DNA of 64,000 bases from the NCBI RefSeq assembly GCF_947568905.1, contig NC_079167.1, forward strand, positions 63,364,001-63,428,000, given 5' to 3'. A program made the translations under genes and the position numbers. The notes beneath the pieces are model-generated. The model saw only the letters and a program-made list of their open reading frames with translations, was not told where the DNA came from and did not search any database. This document shows positions 12,801-25,400 of the stretch, piece by piece. The DNA is from Ostrea edulis. Taxonomy: Eukaryota. Position 1 is the stretch's first letter; each line of letters starts with the position of its first letter.

Positions 12801-15800
12801 CTACAACAGGAGTATCTGCTTGTCAAAGTATTAGTGTTCCTTAAAAATGAGTCGCATCCTGCTTTTGAAATATCAAGCAGATTCAAATGTCTTTGTATGT
12901 TAATACTGTATACAGTTAAACAAGGTTATAGCCAACCTTTAATGCCAGCGAACAATAGTTTGTTATAACCAAACTTCATCATATCCAATAAGATATTTTT
13001 TCTCTCCATCTCATAAGGGAATAAATATCATTTGCAATAGACATGAATTCATTATAAGCATGTTTATCATATATGCGTTTTACTGTATATTGCTTCAATT
13101 AAGAATATTGACTAAGAATGTAAAAATTATCAACTCATCGGTTTTCTTGATTTCTTGAGTAAATTTCTGCTTTACAATCATGATATCATAACATATACAG
13201 AAAAACGATTACAATTTTCATTCAATACATCATTCAGTAGCTTTCAAGCATCAAAGTACCTTCCAAAAACCAACAGGATAGATCAACTCTCCCAGAACTT
13301 GATCCGAGGTTTGCAGAATGTTATCAATGTTACAACCATGTTCTCTCAATTTCTTCATTGCAGCTGATGTTATCTGGTCCTTTGTTTGACTTGAAAGCAT
13401 GAGTGACACCAGTACTTGGTATCTGTACACCTGAAATGTGAAACTACATTTACTCCAACAAGTTACAGCCTCGGTTAACGCCCCTCATATTTCTCGGCGC
13501 CAAGTCAAAAGTATCTCGTCCTGAATTTCTAGCATGCTGGAGTACGACAACATATAGTTAATGTCAAAATTCTGGAAAATTGTTGCTCTTTGGGGAGTAG
13601 GGCGTAAATTATAATTATTATAATTATGCCCCCCTTCAAAGAAGAGGGGCATATTGTTTTGCACCTGTTGGTCGGTATGTGGGTTCAGGTAGACCACATG
13701 TTGTCCGATAAATATCTTGAGATCCATTCACTTGATCTTAATGATATTTCATATGAGTAGAAGAGGACCCCTGTTGATCTGAGGTCAAAAGGTCAAGGGC
13801 CAATCCACTCTGGACATAGGAAGATACTGTCCACTCAATATCTTGAGAACACTTTCCTTCACAAACATTAAAACTTGGTACACTGGTACAACAATGTGAG
13901 GAATAAATGACCCCTATTGATTTTGAAGTCACAAGTTTAAATGGCAAGGGTCAAACTGGACATAGGAATACACTGACCACTCAATGTCTTGAGAACCCTT
14001 TGCTTGACAGATATCAAACTTGGTACACTGGTACATCTTAAGGAGTAGATTACCTCTATTGATTTTGAGGTCACATCATCAAAGGTCAAACTGGACATAG
14101 GAATATACTGTCTGCTCAATATCTTGAGAACCCTAAAGGCTTTTAAGCCTTTGCTTGACAGACATCAAACTTGGAACCCTAGTACATCTTAAGGAGTAGA
14201 TGATCCCTATTGATTTTTAGGGCACATGGTTAAAGGTCAAACTGGACATAGCAATATACTGTCCACTCACTGTCTTGAGAACTCTTTGCTTGACAGATAT
14301 CAAACTTGGTACACTGGTACATCTTAAGGAGTAGATTACCTCTATTGATTTTGAGGTCACATCATCAAAGGTCAAACTGGACATAGGAATATACTGTCTG
14401 CTCAATATCTTGAGAACCCTAAAGGCTTTTAAGCCTTTGCTTGACAGACATCAAACTTGGTAGTTGGTACCCTGGTACATCTTAAGGAGTAGATGATCCC
14501 TATTGATTTTTAGGGCACATGGTTAAAGGTCAAACTGGACATAGCAATATACTGTCCACTCACTGTCTTGAGAACTCTTTGCTTGACAGATATCAAACTT
14601 GGTACACTGGTACATCTTAAGGAGTAGATTACCTCTATTGATTTTGAGGTCACATCGTCAAAGGTCAAACTGGACATAGGAATATACTGTCTGCTCAATA
14701 TCTTGAGAACCCTAAAGGCTTTTAAGCCTTTGCTTGACAGACATCAAACTTGGTACCCTGGTACATCTTAAGGAGTAGATGGTCCCTATTGATTTTTAGG
14801 GCACATGGTTAAAGGTCTAACTGGACATAGCAATATACTGTCCACTCACTGTCTTGAGAACTCTTTGCTTGACAGATATCAAACTTGGTACACTGGTATA
14901 TCTGAAGGAGATGAGTCGACCATATTGATTTTGAGGTCACATGGTCAAAGGTTAAACTGGACATAGGAATATATACTGTCCGCTCAATGTCTTGAGAAGC
15001 CTTTGCTTGACAGACATCAAACTTGGAACACTTCTATATCACAATTGATTTTGAAGTCACATGGTCCAAGGTCAAGGATCATATTGGACATAGGAAAATA
15101 CTGTCTCTATTCAATATCTTTAAAAGAACCCTTTGCTTGACAGACATCAAACTTGGTACACTGCATGGTCAATCCACTCTGGACATACTCCTGATAGGAA
15201 GATATTGTCTGCTCAATATCTTGAATTGGTTTGGCACCACTATCAATTAAATGATGCATGTGTATATCCCTTTTCAATTATGCACCAAAGGGGGGGGGTA
15301 TATGTTTTACAAACAATTCTTGTTCATTTATTTATTTTAATAAAATGTTTTTGGTATGGATATGCTCAACTTTATTTTTGTTCTCAAACCATGAAAATTT
15401 GAATCCATGAATATAATTGATATAACAGTAGTTAGTGATTGTCACCCTCTACAGTTATATAATACAGTTAGTGAAGCATTAGAGAATAAAGAGAGGAGAA
15501 AAATTGTAATAATTTACGTAACTTAATGAAGGCAGACAGTTAGTGAAGCAATAAAGAATAAAGAGAGAAGAGGAGAAAAATTGTAATAATTTACGTAACT
15601 TAATGAAGGCAGACAGTTAGTGAAGCATTAGAGAATAAAGAGAGAAGAGGAGAAAAATTGTAATAATTTACGTAACTTAATGAAGGCAGACAGTGTCTGG
15701 ATTTCAGTGTGTCAGAATGGGAGAAATTGATTACAAACTGACTCTTTGTTGAAGTGCCCAATCTCTTCCACTACTAATAGACTCTGTTTAGAACAGCTCA

Positions 15801-18800
15801 ATACCTGTGTTGCATCAAAACAGAAACAGAATGACTATTGTAAGTGTGTTCTTTTTGAGATTGATTCTTTAAAATATCATAACTAAGCAGAGGCCTGGGC
15901 CTATCTTACTGGAAAAATTTGTCAAGTTGGGAAAAGATCAAGTTAATGTATAATGACTAATGAAATTCATCCTATAAATTCAACTAAATAATCTGAATTT
16001 GAATAAGAAGTTTGATACAAATGATTTTATATATATCATGATACAACTTTCTTCAGAGGATTTCATTTGCAATATATAGGAAAAAACTATGGTGTCCTCA
16101 TTTGGGAATGAGGCCTCACTTCAATCCCATAGAACCAGTGCTCGAGCTGGGCTTCGCCATTTTCGCCAATGGCGAATTTTTTTCAAAAATGGCGAAAAAA
16201 AAATGAAAGTGGCGAAAATCCCTTTTTGCAATAAATTGTATTTTTAATCCTTTGTCAGTGACACATTATCGCCTGTTTGTTTATGCAGTCAAAATCTGTT
16301 TATTCAGTCAACGCGTGCGACCGGGAATCTCGCGTCGTTCCAGTGCACACAGAGCTGGTCACAGCCTCAGGTAATTTATGGCTGCAAAAAAGTCGGTGAT
16401 TATGTAATAAAGTACATCGGACAGCTGTTTACCCTGCTGTTGTCAATTGTTTAACATTTAAAGTCTTATTCATTATCGTGTTATCATTTCCACATTAATG
16501 TCAATTCTTAACCAGAGAACCGACTGGTAATTAAATTGGCCGTATTATTGTGTATAATGTATATCTAAATACATCAATTGTTTGTTTTTGCGGCCAAACT
16601 CGTTGATTACAAGATTTTGATTTTGATGTGTTTGATTTTAGTTCGAATATTTCATAAACAATGCGGTCGGTCACCATTGATATGGACATGGCAATTTTAA
16701 TAAATAATTTTCTTTGAAGTTCGGTGCGCAACAGTATAAAAATGCTAATCTCATAAGACTATGCACCCCATTCTATTTTGACACTAAACTTGTAGCTTCT
16801 GACCCTAGTCAGTCTAAAATTTAAAAAATATCTATGTTTGGCTTTACAGTCAACCCCACCTCCTCAAACATCTGATTCTGTCCAAATTGCAAAATCTTCC
16901 ATACAAAAACGGAAATTTAATAGGGAGTGGTTGAGATACGACTCTAAATTGGGCTTGATGTTTTGTGACATCTGTATTTCGGCCAATGTACACAATGTTT
17001 TCACTGAGGGGTGTAGCATCATGAAGTTTATATTTATATGATTTATTATCTGAATTTTGATTTCCATAATAGAATTTATCAAACAAATCAACTTCTTATT
17101 ATTTCAGAAAGAAATGTTTAGGTATGGTAGCTGGATATGATTAAGTAATGTAACTGATTCAAAATGCTAAAATAAGTGTAATGAATAAAATAATATATAA
17201 TATGATGGAAATAATTGTAAAGCATGTGATTATTTGTGCCGCGCCACTCCCTGAAAAAGTGGCAAAAGGGAATTCTGGTCCAGTGGGAGCACTGCATAGA
17301 ACCCCTTAAAATTCTCTGTTAAGGCAAGCACAAGGGTCAACTATCAGCAATAAGGATTATACATTTACCGAATCAACGATACTGAACATGCATCTTTAGT
17401 TGATTTCACAGTGTGATTCAACACCCAAAACCAATACTTTTCAGACCTGTCCCCCTGTAAATGATTGAGTCTGCTATTTATATTGTATAAGCATAGATCA
17501 AGATGGGGACTGAGGGGAAAATATCCCCTCTTTTGTGATTGATTTAAAAATACACCTTTTTGCTCACTTTCATGAAGTTTTGGTTGTAAAGTTCTAGTAA
17601 AAGACTAGAGTCAGAAGTAGAAAATAGAAATTGTCAGGGTGAACCCCTTCCCTTTGAAAAATTTTGGGACCCATGCATGACGTTACAGTATATATACAGG
17701 TGAACACTTGTACATAAACTCTTTTATGGTATAATAAAGCTCATTATTATCCATTTTCTGCTATAATAAGATATAATTTACCAAAATCTGTCACAATGTC
17801 TAATTCAGGAATATCTCCCTCCAAAATGGCAGAGGTCTGATTATTGTGAGACTGAGAGGTCAGATTGTAGACTCCTAAAGTTTGTATATATATATATATA
17901 TTCAAATGTCTGTATGACCTTGTACCTTCTGTGGAGAAGACTTATATAGGCAGTGCCTGCTGTCCGATTCTGTTATGATTTATCCTAATAAATAAATAAC
18001 AATTGTGACACAAATCTATCCCAATATTTTCTCAGAGAGCTACAGTTCTGCAGCTAAAAACCAATGTGAAATATAGGTTGATGGTGGTTTCATGTTTCGA
18101 ATATATGAAATAGGTGCATGACAGTTGCACATGTATATAGAAGATGGAAAATAGGTGCATGACAGTCTTCTATATGTAGCTGACATGAAATAGGTATGCG
18201 ACAGTCTGTATAAATAGCAGTTGTGCGAAATGAGTACAAGACAGTTGCATGTATACCTTATTTAAAATAGGTGTATGACAGTCTTGAATAATTTATTATA
18301 GGAGATGCAAAATAGGTGCAGGATGGTATTGTGTATATCCGATATGAAAATAGATTGATGGCTGTGCATAGATGCACGTGCACGACGGTCTATTTAAACC
18401 AAATACTACAGAAGCATGACAGTCTTACAAACAGGCAATGAACAGTATGACTGTCATGCAAATAACTGATAAACCATAAATTCACAACAGTGAATTGATG
18501 CAAAAGCTGAATAGGTTGACTGTTCACAACAGTTCTGCAAATCCGAGTTGACACTATGTAACCACTTACACCAGACCTGTGTGAATTTTTTTTTTAGAGT
18601 AATAGGAAACGAAAGAGCTTTACCTCTGGGGAAGCAAGAGTGTCACTTATGACATCACAACCCATGGTATCTACTGGTGCATCCCTGCTTTTCCTCATTT
18701 CATATATATTTTTAAGTTGATCTCTCCACAGCGATGGTTCCCAAGAAGAACCTTCCTTCTTCGCACTGTTAACTTGTTCTGGTTCAGTCTCTTCATATTT

Positions 18801-19058
18801 TATTTCAACTTTTCCCTTCAGTTTCCTTTTTCTAGTTGAAGGGTTAATAAAAGTTTCATTTGAGGATGTATGAAGAGATCTTGATTCGTTTTCTACTTTC
18901 ACTTTAACAGTAAGGTGAGATCTAGTAACTGGGTGACTAAAGTACGGCGACTCCATGCTGTTAAATATAAGGAATGACTTAAAATTACGATTAAATAACC
19001 GATCATAAGACTTTAAAAAAGTCTTGCGTGGGATCCACTGGATGAGTATTGGCAGCAT
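9739..19058 (-). CDS. NTHL1: Endonuclease III-like protein 1 (bifunctional DNA glycosylase/AP lyase), 4 coding exons
   Basis: Exons (minus): 18624-19058 (alternative ATG at 18956), 13260-13430, 12535-12800, 9739-9904; all GT-AG with consistent phases. Motifs: LMLSSQTKD, Hh[10 protein letters not shown] with catalytic Lys, VDTHVHRI with catalytic Asp, 4Fe-4S motif C-x6-C-x2-C-x5-C ([18 protein letters not shown]). Confidence 0.96.
10100..11000 (+). mobile_element. Non-autonomous DNA element, Helentron/MITE-like, in NTHL1 intron 3
   Basis: Internally repetitive segments (ATGAAAC..TT.C.A.GATGATA; TGTAGATGTGCA.AA.GATAGTCATTTTGT; GCACGTGC motifs); no coding capacity; boundaries approximate. Confidence 0.5.
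11170..11502 (-). mobile_element. tRNA-derived SINE with a tRNA-Thr(CGT)-like head
   Basis: The minus strand of 11430-11500 reads GCAGTAGCTCAGTGGTAGAGCATTCACTTCGTAACCAGGAGGTCATGTGTTTGAGTCCCAC: A box, anticodon-like CGT and a degenerate B box, followed by about 260 nt of non-tRNA body. A related body fragment lies at about 11690-11845. Confidence 0.75.
12100..12510. repeat. AT-rich quasi-palindromic repeat element with a 26-bp perfect hairpin
   Basis: Recurrent TTCAATTATT/GAAGATATC/TTAATGCGC motifs in both orientations; perfect inverted repeat 12155-12180 / 12192-12217. Confidence 0.8.
13622..15324 (+). mobile_element. Helentron/pearl-type non-autonomous element with an internal tandem array, in NTHL1 intron 1
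   Basis: 5' palindrome TATGCCCCCCTTC...GAGGGGCATA; internal repeated modules (TTGCTTGACAGA.ATCAAACTTGGTAC...ATTGATTTTGAGGTCACA...AAGGTCAAACTGGACATAG); 3' end ...CAATTCTTGTT. A related element lies in the opposite orientation at about 30390-31118. Confidence 0.75.
15464..15693. repeat. About 75-80 bp tandem repeat, 3 copies
   Basis: Unit ACAGTTAGTGAAGCA...GGAGAAAAATTGTAATAATTTACGTAACTTAATGAAGGCAG. Confidence 0.9.
16136..17294 (+). mobile_element. Internally deleted hAT DNA transposon retaining a TTF-type zinc-finger fragment
   Basis: Imperfect TIR CAGTGCTC-nnn-CTGG at both ends; exact 8-bp TSD CATAGAAC (16128-16135 and 17295-17302); subterminal TGGCGAA repeats; ORF fragment 16838-17041 [23 protein letters not shown]...FTEGC. 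Confidence 0.88.
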
Positions 19059-19410
19059 GTAAATTGCCGCCAAAAGTCACTGTCCAAGGTACATCCGGTT
19101 TCACTTTCACTTTGAACAGCGCCAATTAAAATGCTTACAACTGCGGCATACGTAATTTTTTACCCTGTATATTGCATAATTTATTTCTAATTCAAAACCT
19201 TTTTTTTATCCTTCTGTGCTTTCCTAAGTGCAAGCAATCCATTCATGTAGCCTGGTTCCCGCTTGCACATCGGAAGGCCTCGGGAACCAGGCTATCCATT
19301 CATGGTCAAGGTCAGTTTATCATGCCGAAGCTAAACCAAAACTAGGTCTCGAGCAGCTTACCTTTATCCGTGTACAGAATAACTAGATACATTCCTCAAA
19401 TAGCGACAAG
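19059..19410. promoter_or_regulatory. Bidirectional promoter region NTHL1 / PRPSAP
   Basis: Divergent ATGs at 19058 and 19411, 352 bp apart. ETS-like ACCGGATGT (minus, about 19091-19099) and IRF-like AAAGTGAAAGTGAAA (minus, 19099-19113). Confidence 0.75.
19248..19294. mobile_element. 47-bp miniature TIR element with a 10-bp TSD (Mutator-like by TSD length)
   Basis: Perfect 14-bp TIR TAGCCTGGTTCCCG / CGGGAACCAGGCTA, flanked by the exact direct repeat TCCATTCATG (19238-19247 and 19295-19304). Confidence 0.85.
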
Positions 19411-22400
19411 ATGGCGTTGGATCCCGGACAAAAATGTCCCATGGTTTTGCTAGCAGGCAATTCCCACCCAGAGCTGTCACAACTTATTGCACAGTAAGAA
19501 AGTTGGGAAATTGTTTACTATAGGTCAATTACCTTAATCAAGCCTAGATGTTGTAATAAAAACAATAACGGTTCATTAACACGTTAGTGACATTGGTGAA
19601 AGATCCACACGTAAAAGCAGATATTCTGTTAGACCCTAAAGTTTTCAAAATTCAGCATCATTTTTAAATCTTTGAGAGCCAAGCTGGTTTTTTCATAGAA
19701 ATTAAAGAATGAATAATAACCACAGTAAAGATTATATATGGACATGGATATACCTTCCTGGGAAATGCCATAGTGGTTCTTAGAGTAAAAAATTCCAATA
19801 ATATTGGTCCTGACATCTCTGACTTACAACAAAGTGAATAGTGTTTCTGGATTCATGATAGGCCTAATCCACTATAAACACATCACTGTAGACACTGCAG
19901 TACTGTCACACTTACATTTACTTTAAAAATGTCTGTAAGACTATGCACTAAAGCTAGCTACTACAACAAAGTGAAATTAGCCAGACTGACTGTGCACATC
20001 GATTAATAAACACCTGTCAATTTAACGGTTTTATGCAGCTCTCTGTCATTGATGTGAACTTTCACTACTTATAATTAACATGTTGTAGTACATGTTAGTT
20101 GTACTTAATTTAAGGACACTTTTACTGAAATGGGTTTGAGGGCTATCAAGTATCAGAACTTTATCATGTTTATTTTCAGTGTTCCAGGAATTAGTGCTGC
20201 AGCTCTTGGCCACTTGATACAAATGTCTTTTTTCAATTTAATTTTACCTTTTGATTTAAGGTTAGATAATGATGGATGAGCCAGGGAATGGTGACTAATT
20301 AAATATTAAAAATCACAAAAGTGTTATTCTGAAGAGTAAAGTTTATTGCTAAGAACATAAATTGGTTCCTTTTAAATTTTACTCATTGAATGACAAATGC
20401 ATTGAGAAATGGTTTTTAATGTAAAAGATGACTAGCTTCTGTAAAACTATACAGTGAAACCAACTGATAAAAGAGAAGGAAAATAAAACATTTAAAAAGG
20501 GATGGAATTTCCCATGTTGACAGTAATATATCTGTATATTATGCTTCCAGATGTTTTAAAGTGTTTCAGAACCAATTCTTATTTAAACAGAAATATTTTC
20601 CATGTGAAAATTTTTTTGTCGAATATATAATTTTCCTCAATGTGAAAACTAGCCTCTGTTTTTATTATCAGAGACATAATTTTTATGTTGTATGCAGTTA
20701 TGAAATGTTCAGTTGTAAAAATCACATTTGTTTCACTTCTTGTTGTTTCAGGAGGATTGGGATAAGGTTAGGGGACATGAATGTGTATCATAAAACTAAC
20801 AGAGGTAAGTGTGGATGCAGTTCTTTCTAAAGTATTGTAATTGAATTTAAATTTATCAAGAAAACCAGATTTGTTTTAAATTATTTTCAATCTAGTGGAA
20901 TTTGACAGAGATCAAAGAATCCAGTCCCTGTTTAACATATTGCATGTACTTTATGTACACATATAATCATTGAATCAACCTGGTGAATCTTTGAAATTTT
21001 AAGTTTAGAATTAAATATTATAATTGCAGAGACAAATGTGGAAATTAAAGAGTCTGTAAGAGGGAAGGATGTCTATATCATTCAGACGGGTACAAAGTAA
21101 GCAATGTCCAAATTGTCTCTTAGCTAGCATTCTGTGTTTCTCAAAGTGTTTACTTCCTGTGGAACCATTTTCCACATAAATCAATAACATATTCAAATAG
21201 GACATGAAAAACTTTACTCTGACATTGTGTCCAGTTTTCTTTGACTGCCATGTGACAAATGCAGTGCACATCTTAAAGGTAGCAATTATTAAAGCCTATA
21301 ATTTTTAATACATGTATTATACATTCAGTATTACCTATGGCAGTTACGATATTTTTCTAATTGTCATGTTCACTGAAGTATATTTTTTTGTGTATAGCAA
21401 ATTATCGTGATTTCACTGGTTTTTTTTTTTTACTGTATTGATGTCACCGATACAGGTAGTCTATCACAGATACAGGTAGTTTATCACAGATACAGGTAGT
21501 CTATCACAGATACAGTAGTCTATCACAGATACAGGTAGTCTATCACAGATACAGTAGTCTATCACAGATACAGGTAGTCTGTCACAGATACAGGTAGTCT
21601 ATCACAGATACAGGTAGTCTATCACAGATACAGGTAGTCTATCACAGATACAGTAGTCTATCACAGATACAGGTAGTCTGTCACAGATACAGTAGTCTAT
21701 CACAGATACAGGTAGTCTATCACAGATACAGGTAGTCTGTCACAGATACAGGTAGTCTATCACAGATACAGGAAGTCTATCACAGATACAGGTAGTCTGT
21801 CACAGATACAGGTAGTCTGTCACAGATACAGGTAGTCTATCACAGATACAGGTATTCTATCACAGATACAGGTATTCTATCACAGATACAGGTAGTCTAT
21901 CACAGATACAGTTAGTCTGTCACAGATACAGGTAGTCTATCACAGATACAGGTAGTCTGTCACAGATACAGGTAGTCTATCACAGATACAGGAAGTCTAT
22001 CACAGATACAGGTAGTCTATCACAGATACAGGTAGTCTGTCACAGATACAGGTAGTCTATCACAGATACAGGTAACAGATACAGGTAGTCTATCACAGAT
22101 ACAGGTAGTCTGTCACAGATACAGGTAGTCTATCACAGATACAGGTAGTCTATCTGTCAATAAGTTTTCCTGTCTATGTTCATAGGGATGTCAACAATGA
22201 CATAATGGAGCTGCTTATTATTTCCTACGCATGTAAAACAAGCGCCGCCCACAATATCATCGGAGTCATTCCCTACCTCCCATACTCCAAACAGAGCAAA
22301 ATGAGGAAAAGGGGCTCCGTCGTTTCCAAAGTCATGGCTACTATGTTAGGGCAGTCAGGTAAGTAGTTAATTGTATGAGTAGCTTTGTTAGGAAACTTTG

Positions 22401-25400
22401 ACCCTTCCTATGATGTCACAATACAGTATTATTTTATGTTGATTTAACTATGAATTACATCGGAAGATAAGATTCAATGTTTATAAAGCAGAAACTTCCT
22501 TTGCACTTCATGAGAAATGTCCAGGATGTTTATTTATTATTTTTTTATTTGCATTTTTTCCATTGAAATATATATGCATATACATGTATTATCAAGAAAA
22601 CTTAGTGTGATACCATTGTAATTTTACTTTTCACATTCACCACCCACTCAAACATATTCACACCCAAACAGTTCTACATGCATAAAATTTTGGTACAGGT
22701 AACTTAGAAGTTTTAGGTATATTGAATAAAGCTCTTGGTAGTAAGTTTCCATATTTAAAGTCAAAACAAATTGTAAATATACAGTGTACAAAATATATAT
22801 AGATGTATATATTCATACGAAAATAATTAAATTTTACATTACTGTGGTTCAAATATGTTTTTCCAGTAAAGTCGGACAGTTTAAAATTATGCATTGATAT
22901 GTGCCTTTCAATGCAGTGTTTTGTTCTTAAATGAGAAAGTAATCCACATAAGGTTGGAATGTTATTTTTACATAGGCATGAGAAATGTACTGCTTAGCAT
23001 ATAAAATAATAAAGTTTTCTACTCTATTCTGATTCAGTGGCAATTCACCCAAAATAATATTAATAGCATTGATACCAACTCTAAGAGGTTGTTCAGTAAA
23101 TATGCAAACTAAAAACTTTTCATAGTAGAATTATTTTATCACACATGACAAAAATATGCAGAATAGTTTCTGCCTTAATTACTATACGCAGAAATTACAG
23201 TTGTCAGCGGTTTTGATATTGATATTTTTTAAGATAATAATTAGCAGGGATTAATCGATGACAGACTCTGTATTGTAGTCACTGCACTGAAGAATCATTC
23301 AATTGTAGGTTTAAAACAAAGTTTGAAAATATCTTGTATACTTAAATCGGTAACTCCATAGGGAGTTATGTCCCCTTTCCATATGAGCAATTATAAATAG
23401 ACTTTGTACATTTTTCATTTAGCAGAATAGTCTCAAAATAGAAAGGTAGATATGGAAAACAGTCCTTTATAATGAACATTAGTTCTGTCTACAGACATGT
23501 ATTTTTATAGCACATATTATACTATCATATTTCATTACATATACATGGGGAATAATGAATTTTTGCTGAATGCATGTTTATTAATTTAATTATATACCAG
23601 GTAATTTAAGTAATAAACATGGAGTTAATTGTATAATAAGCAAAGGAAATACAGAAATTCCCCCTGGTTTCATTGTTTATATAAATTATATCTACATGTA
23701 TCAAGTGTTTATATTTTGTATAAAAGTAAAGTATATACAGATTTCCTTTCCATAAAAAACAAGTCTCCTTGTGATGTAAACATGAGTTTCTCTATGAGGA
23801 TATATAGATTTTGTGATGTAAACATGAGTTTCTCTATGAGGATATATAGATTTTGTGATGTAAGCCTGAGTTTCTCTGTGAGGATATATAGATTTTGTGA
23901 TGTAAGCCTGAGTTTCTATGTGAGGATATATTATAATAGATTTTGTGATGTAAGCCTGAGTTTCTCTATGAGGATATATAGATTTTGTGATGTAAGCCTG
24001 AGTTTCTCTATGAGGATATATATAGATTTTGTGATGTAAGCCTGAGTTTTTCTATGAGGATATATAGATTTTGTGATGTAAGCCTGAGTTTCTATTTGAG
24101 GATATATAGATTTTGTGATGTAAGCCTAAGTTTCTCTATGAGGATATATAGATTTTGTGATGTAAGCCTGAGTTTCTATTTGAGGATATATAGATTTTGT
24201 GATGTAAGCCTGAGTTTCTATGTGAGGATATATTATAATAGATTTTGTGATGTAAGCCTGAGTTTCTCTATGAGGATATATAGATTTTGTGATGTAAGCC
24301 TGAGTTTCTAATTGAGGATATATAGATTTTGTGATGTATTAAGCATAAGTTTATATGAAGATATATAGATTTTGAACTTGAAAAGGATGATCGTATTTAT
24401 TATTGATAAAATATTAGCTTCATACCTTAGTAACATGACTTGCGACATGTGCAAAATCCCAGTAATGATACAGTGCTTAAACAATGATATAGTGCTAAGC
24501 CTTCGTTTCTTTTAGCTTTCTGCATCTAGTTTATTATATTTCAGATATAAGACATTTTATGAAATTATTTTGTGATAGGTCTAACTCACATCATCACCAT
24601 GGATCTGCATCAGAAAGAAATTCAGGGATTTTTTGACATTCCAGTGGAAAATTTACGAGCTTCTCCATTTCTTATTGACTACGTAGAGAGATTGGTGAGT
24701 TTACGACAGTCCTGAAATAATTTTTCCCAGAATTTTTATCAGCAGATTATCCCAGTTTCTTCATGTGAAAATATGATTGAGGTTTCAAACCCCCAAAAAT
24801 GTGTGCTTTAGATTCCAGACTACAGAAATGCAATAATAGTGGCCCGCAATCCAAATTCTGTCAAACGTGCAACGTCTTATGCTGAGCGACTGCGATTAGG
24901 TATTGCTGTCATTCATGGAGAGGAAAAATATGATGATGAAGACAAGGAAGATGACGGAAGAAATTCACCCCCACCACCGTCCAGAGTAGAATATAAAAAG
25001 ATTGAAATTCTGCCAGGTATGTTGCAGATTTGTAAGTTACATGGTCAGTTGTGTTAACTTTTAGGAATCTTATTATTCATCAAATTCTTTTATAGCTATC
25101 CATTTTGCGAAAGGGAAACCCAGAGCAAAAGGCTAGTGAAATGAGTGTGAAGGCATATTTTCAAACTAGAAATGTTTGAAAAACAAATATGCTCCCCTTC
25201 TCCCAAATCCATGTGCAACATATATGCCCCCTTTCCCCAAATTTAATCCTTGTGTAACATATGACCCTTCCTACAAATTGAATTTATGGATAATTATATA
25301 CCCCTTTCCCCCAAACTGAAATCCATGTATAGAAAGCATGTTGACTTTTTATCCTTTTAGTTTGATAGTCAGTAGGTGTCATCAGTTACTGTACTTACAA

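Noticed and set aside
23629-24311. Repetitive ORFs ([13 protein letters not shown])n
   Set aside because: Translation of an intronic minisatellite inside PRPSAP.
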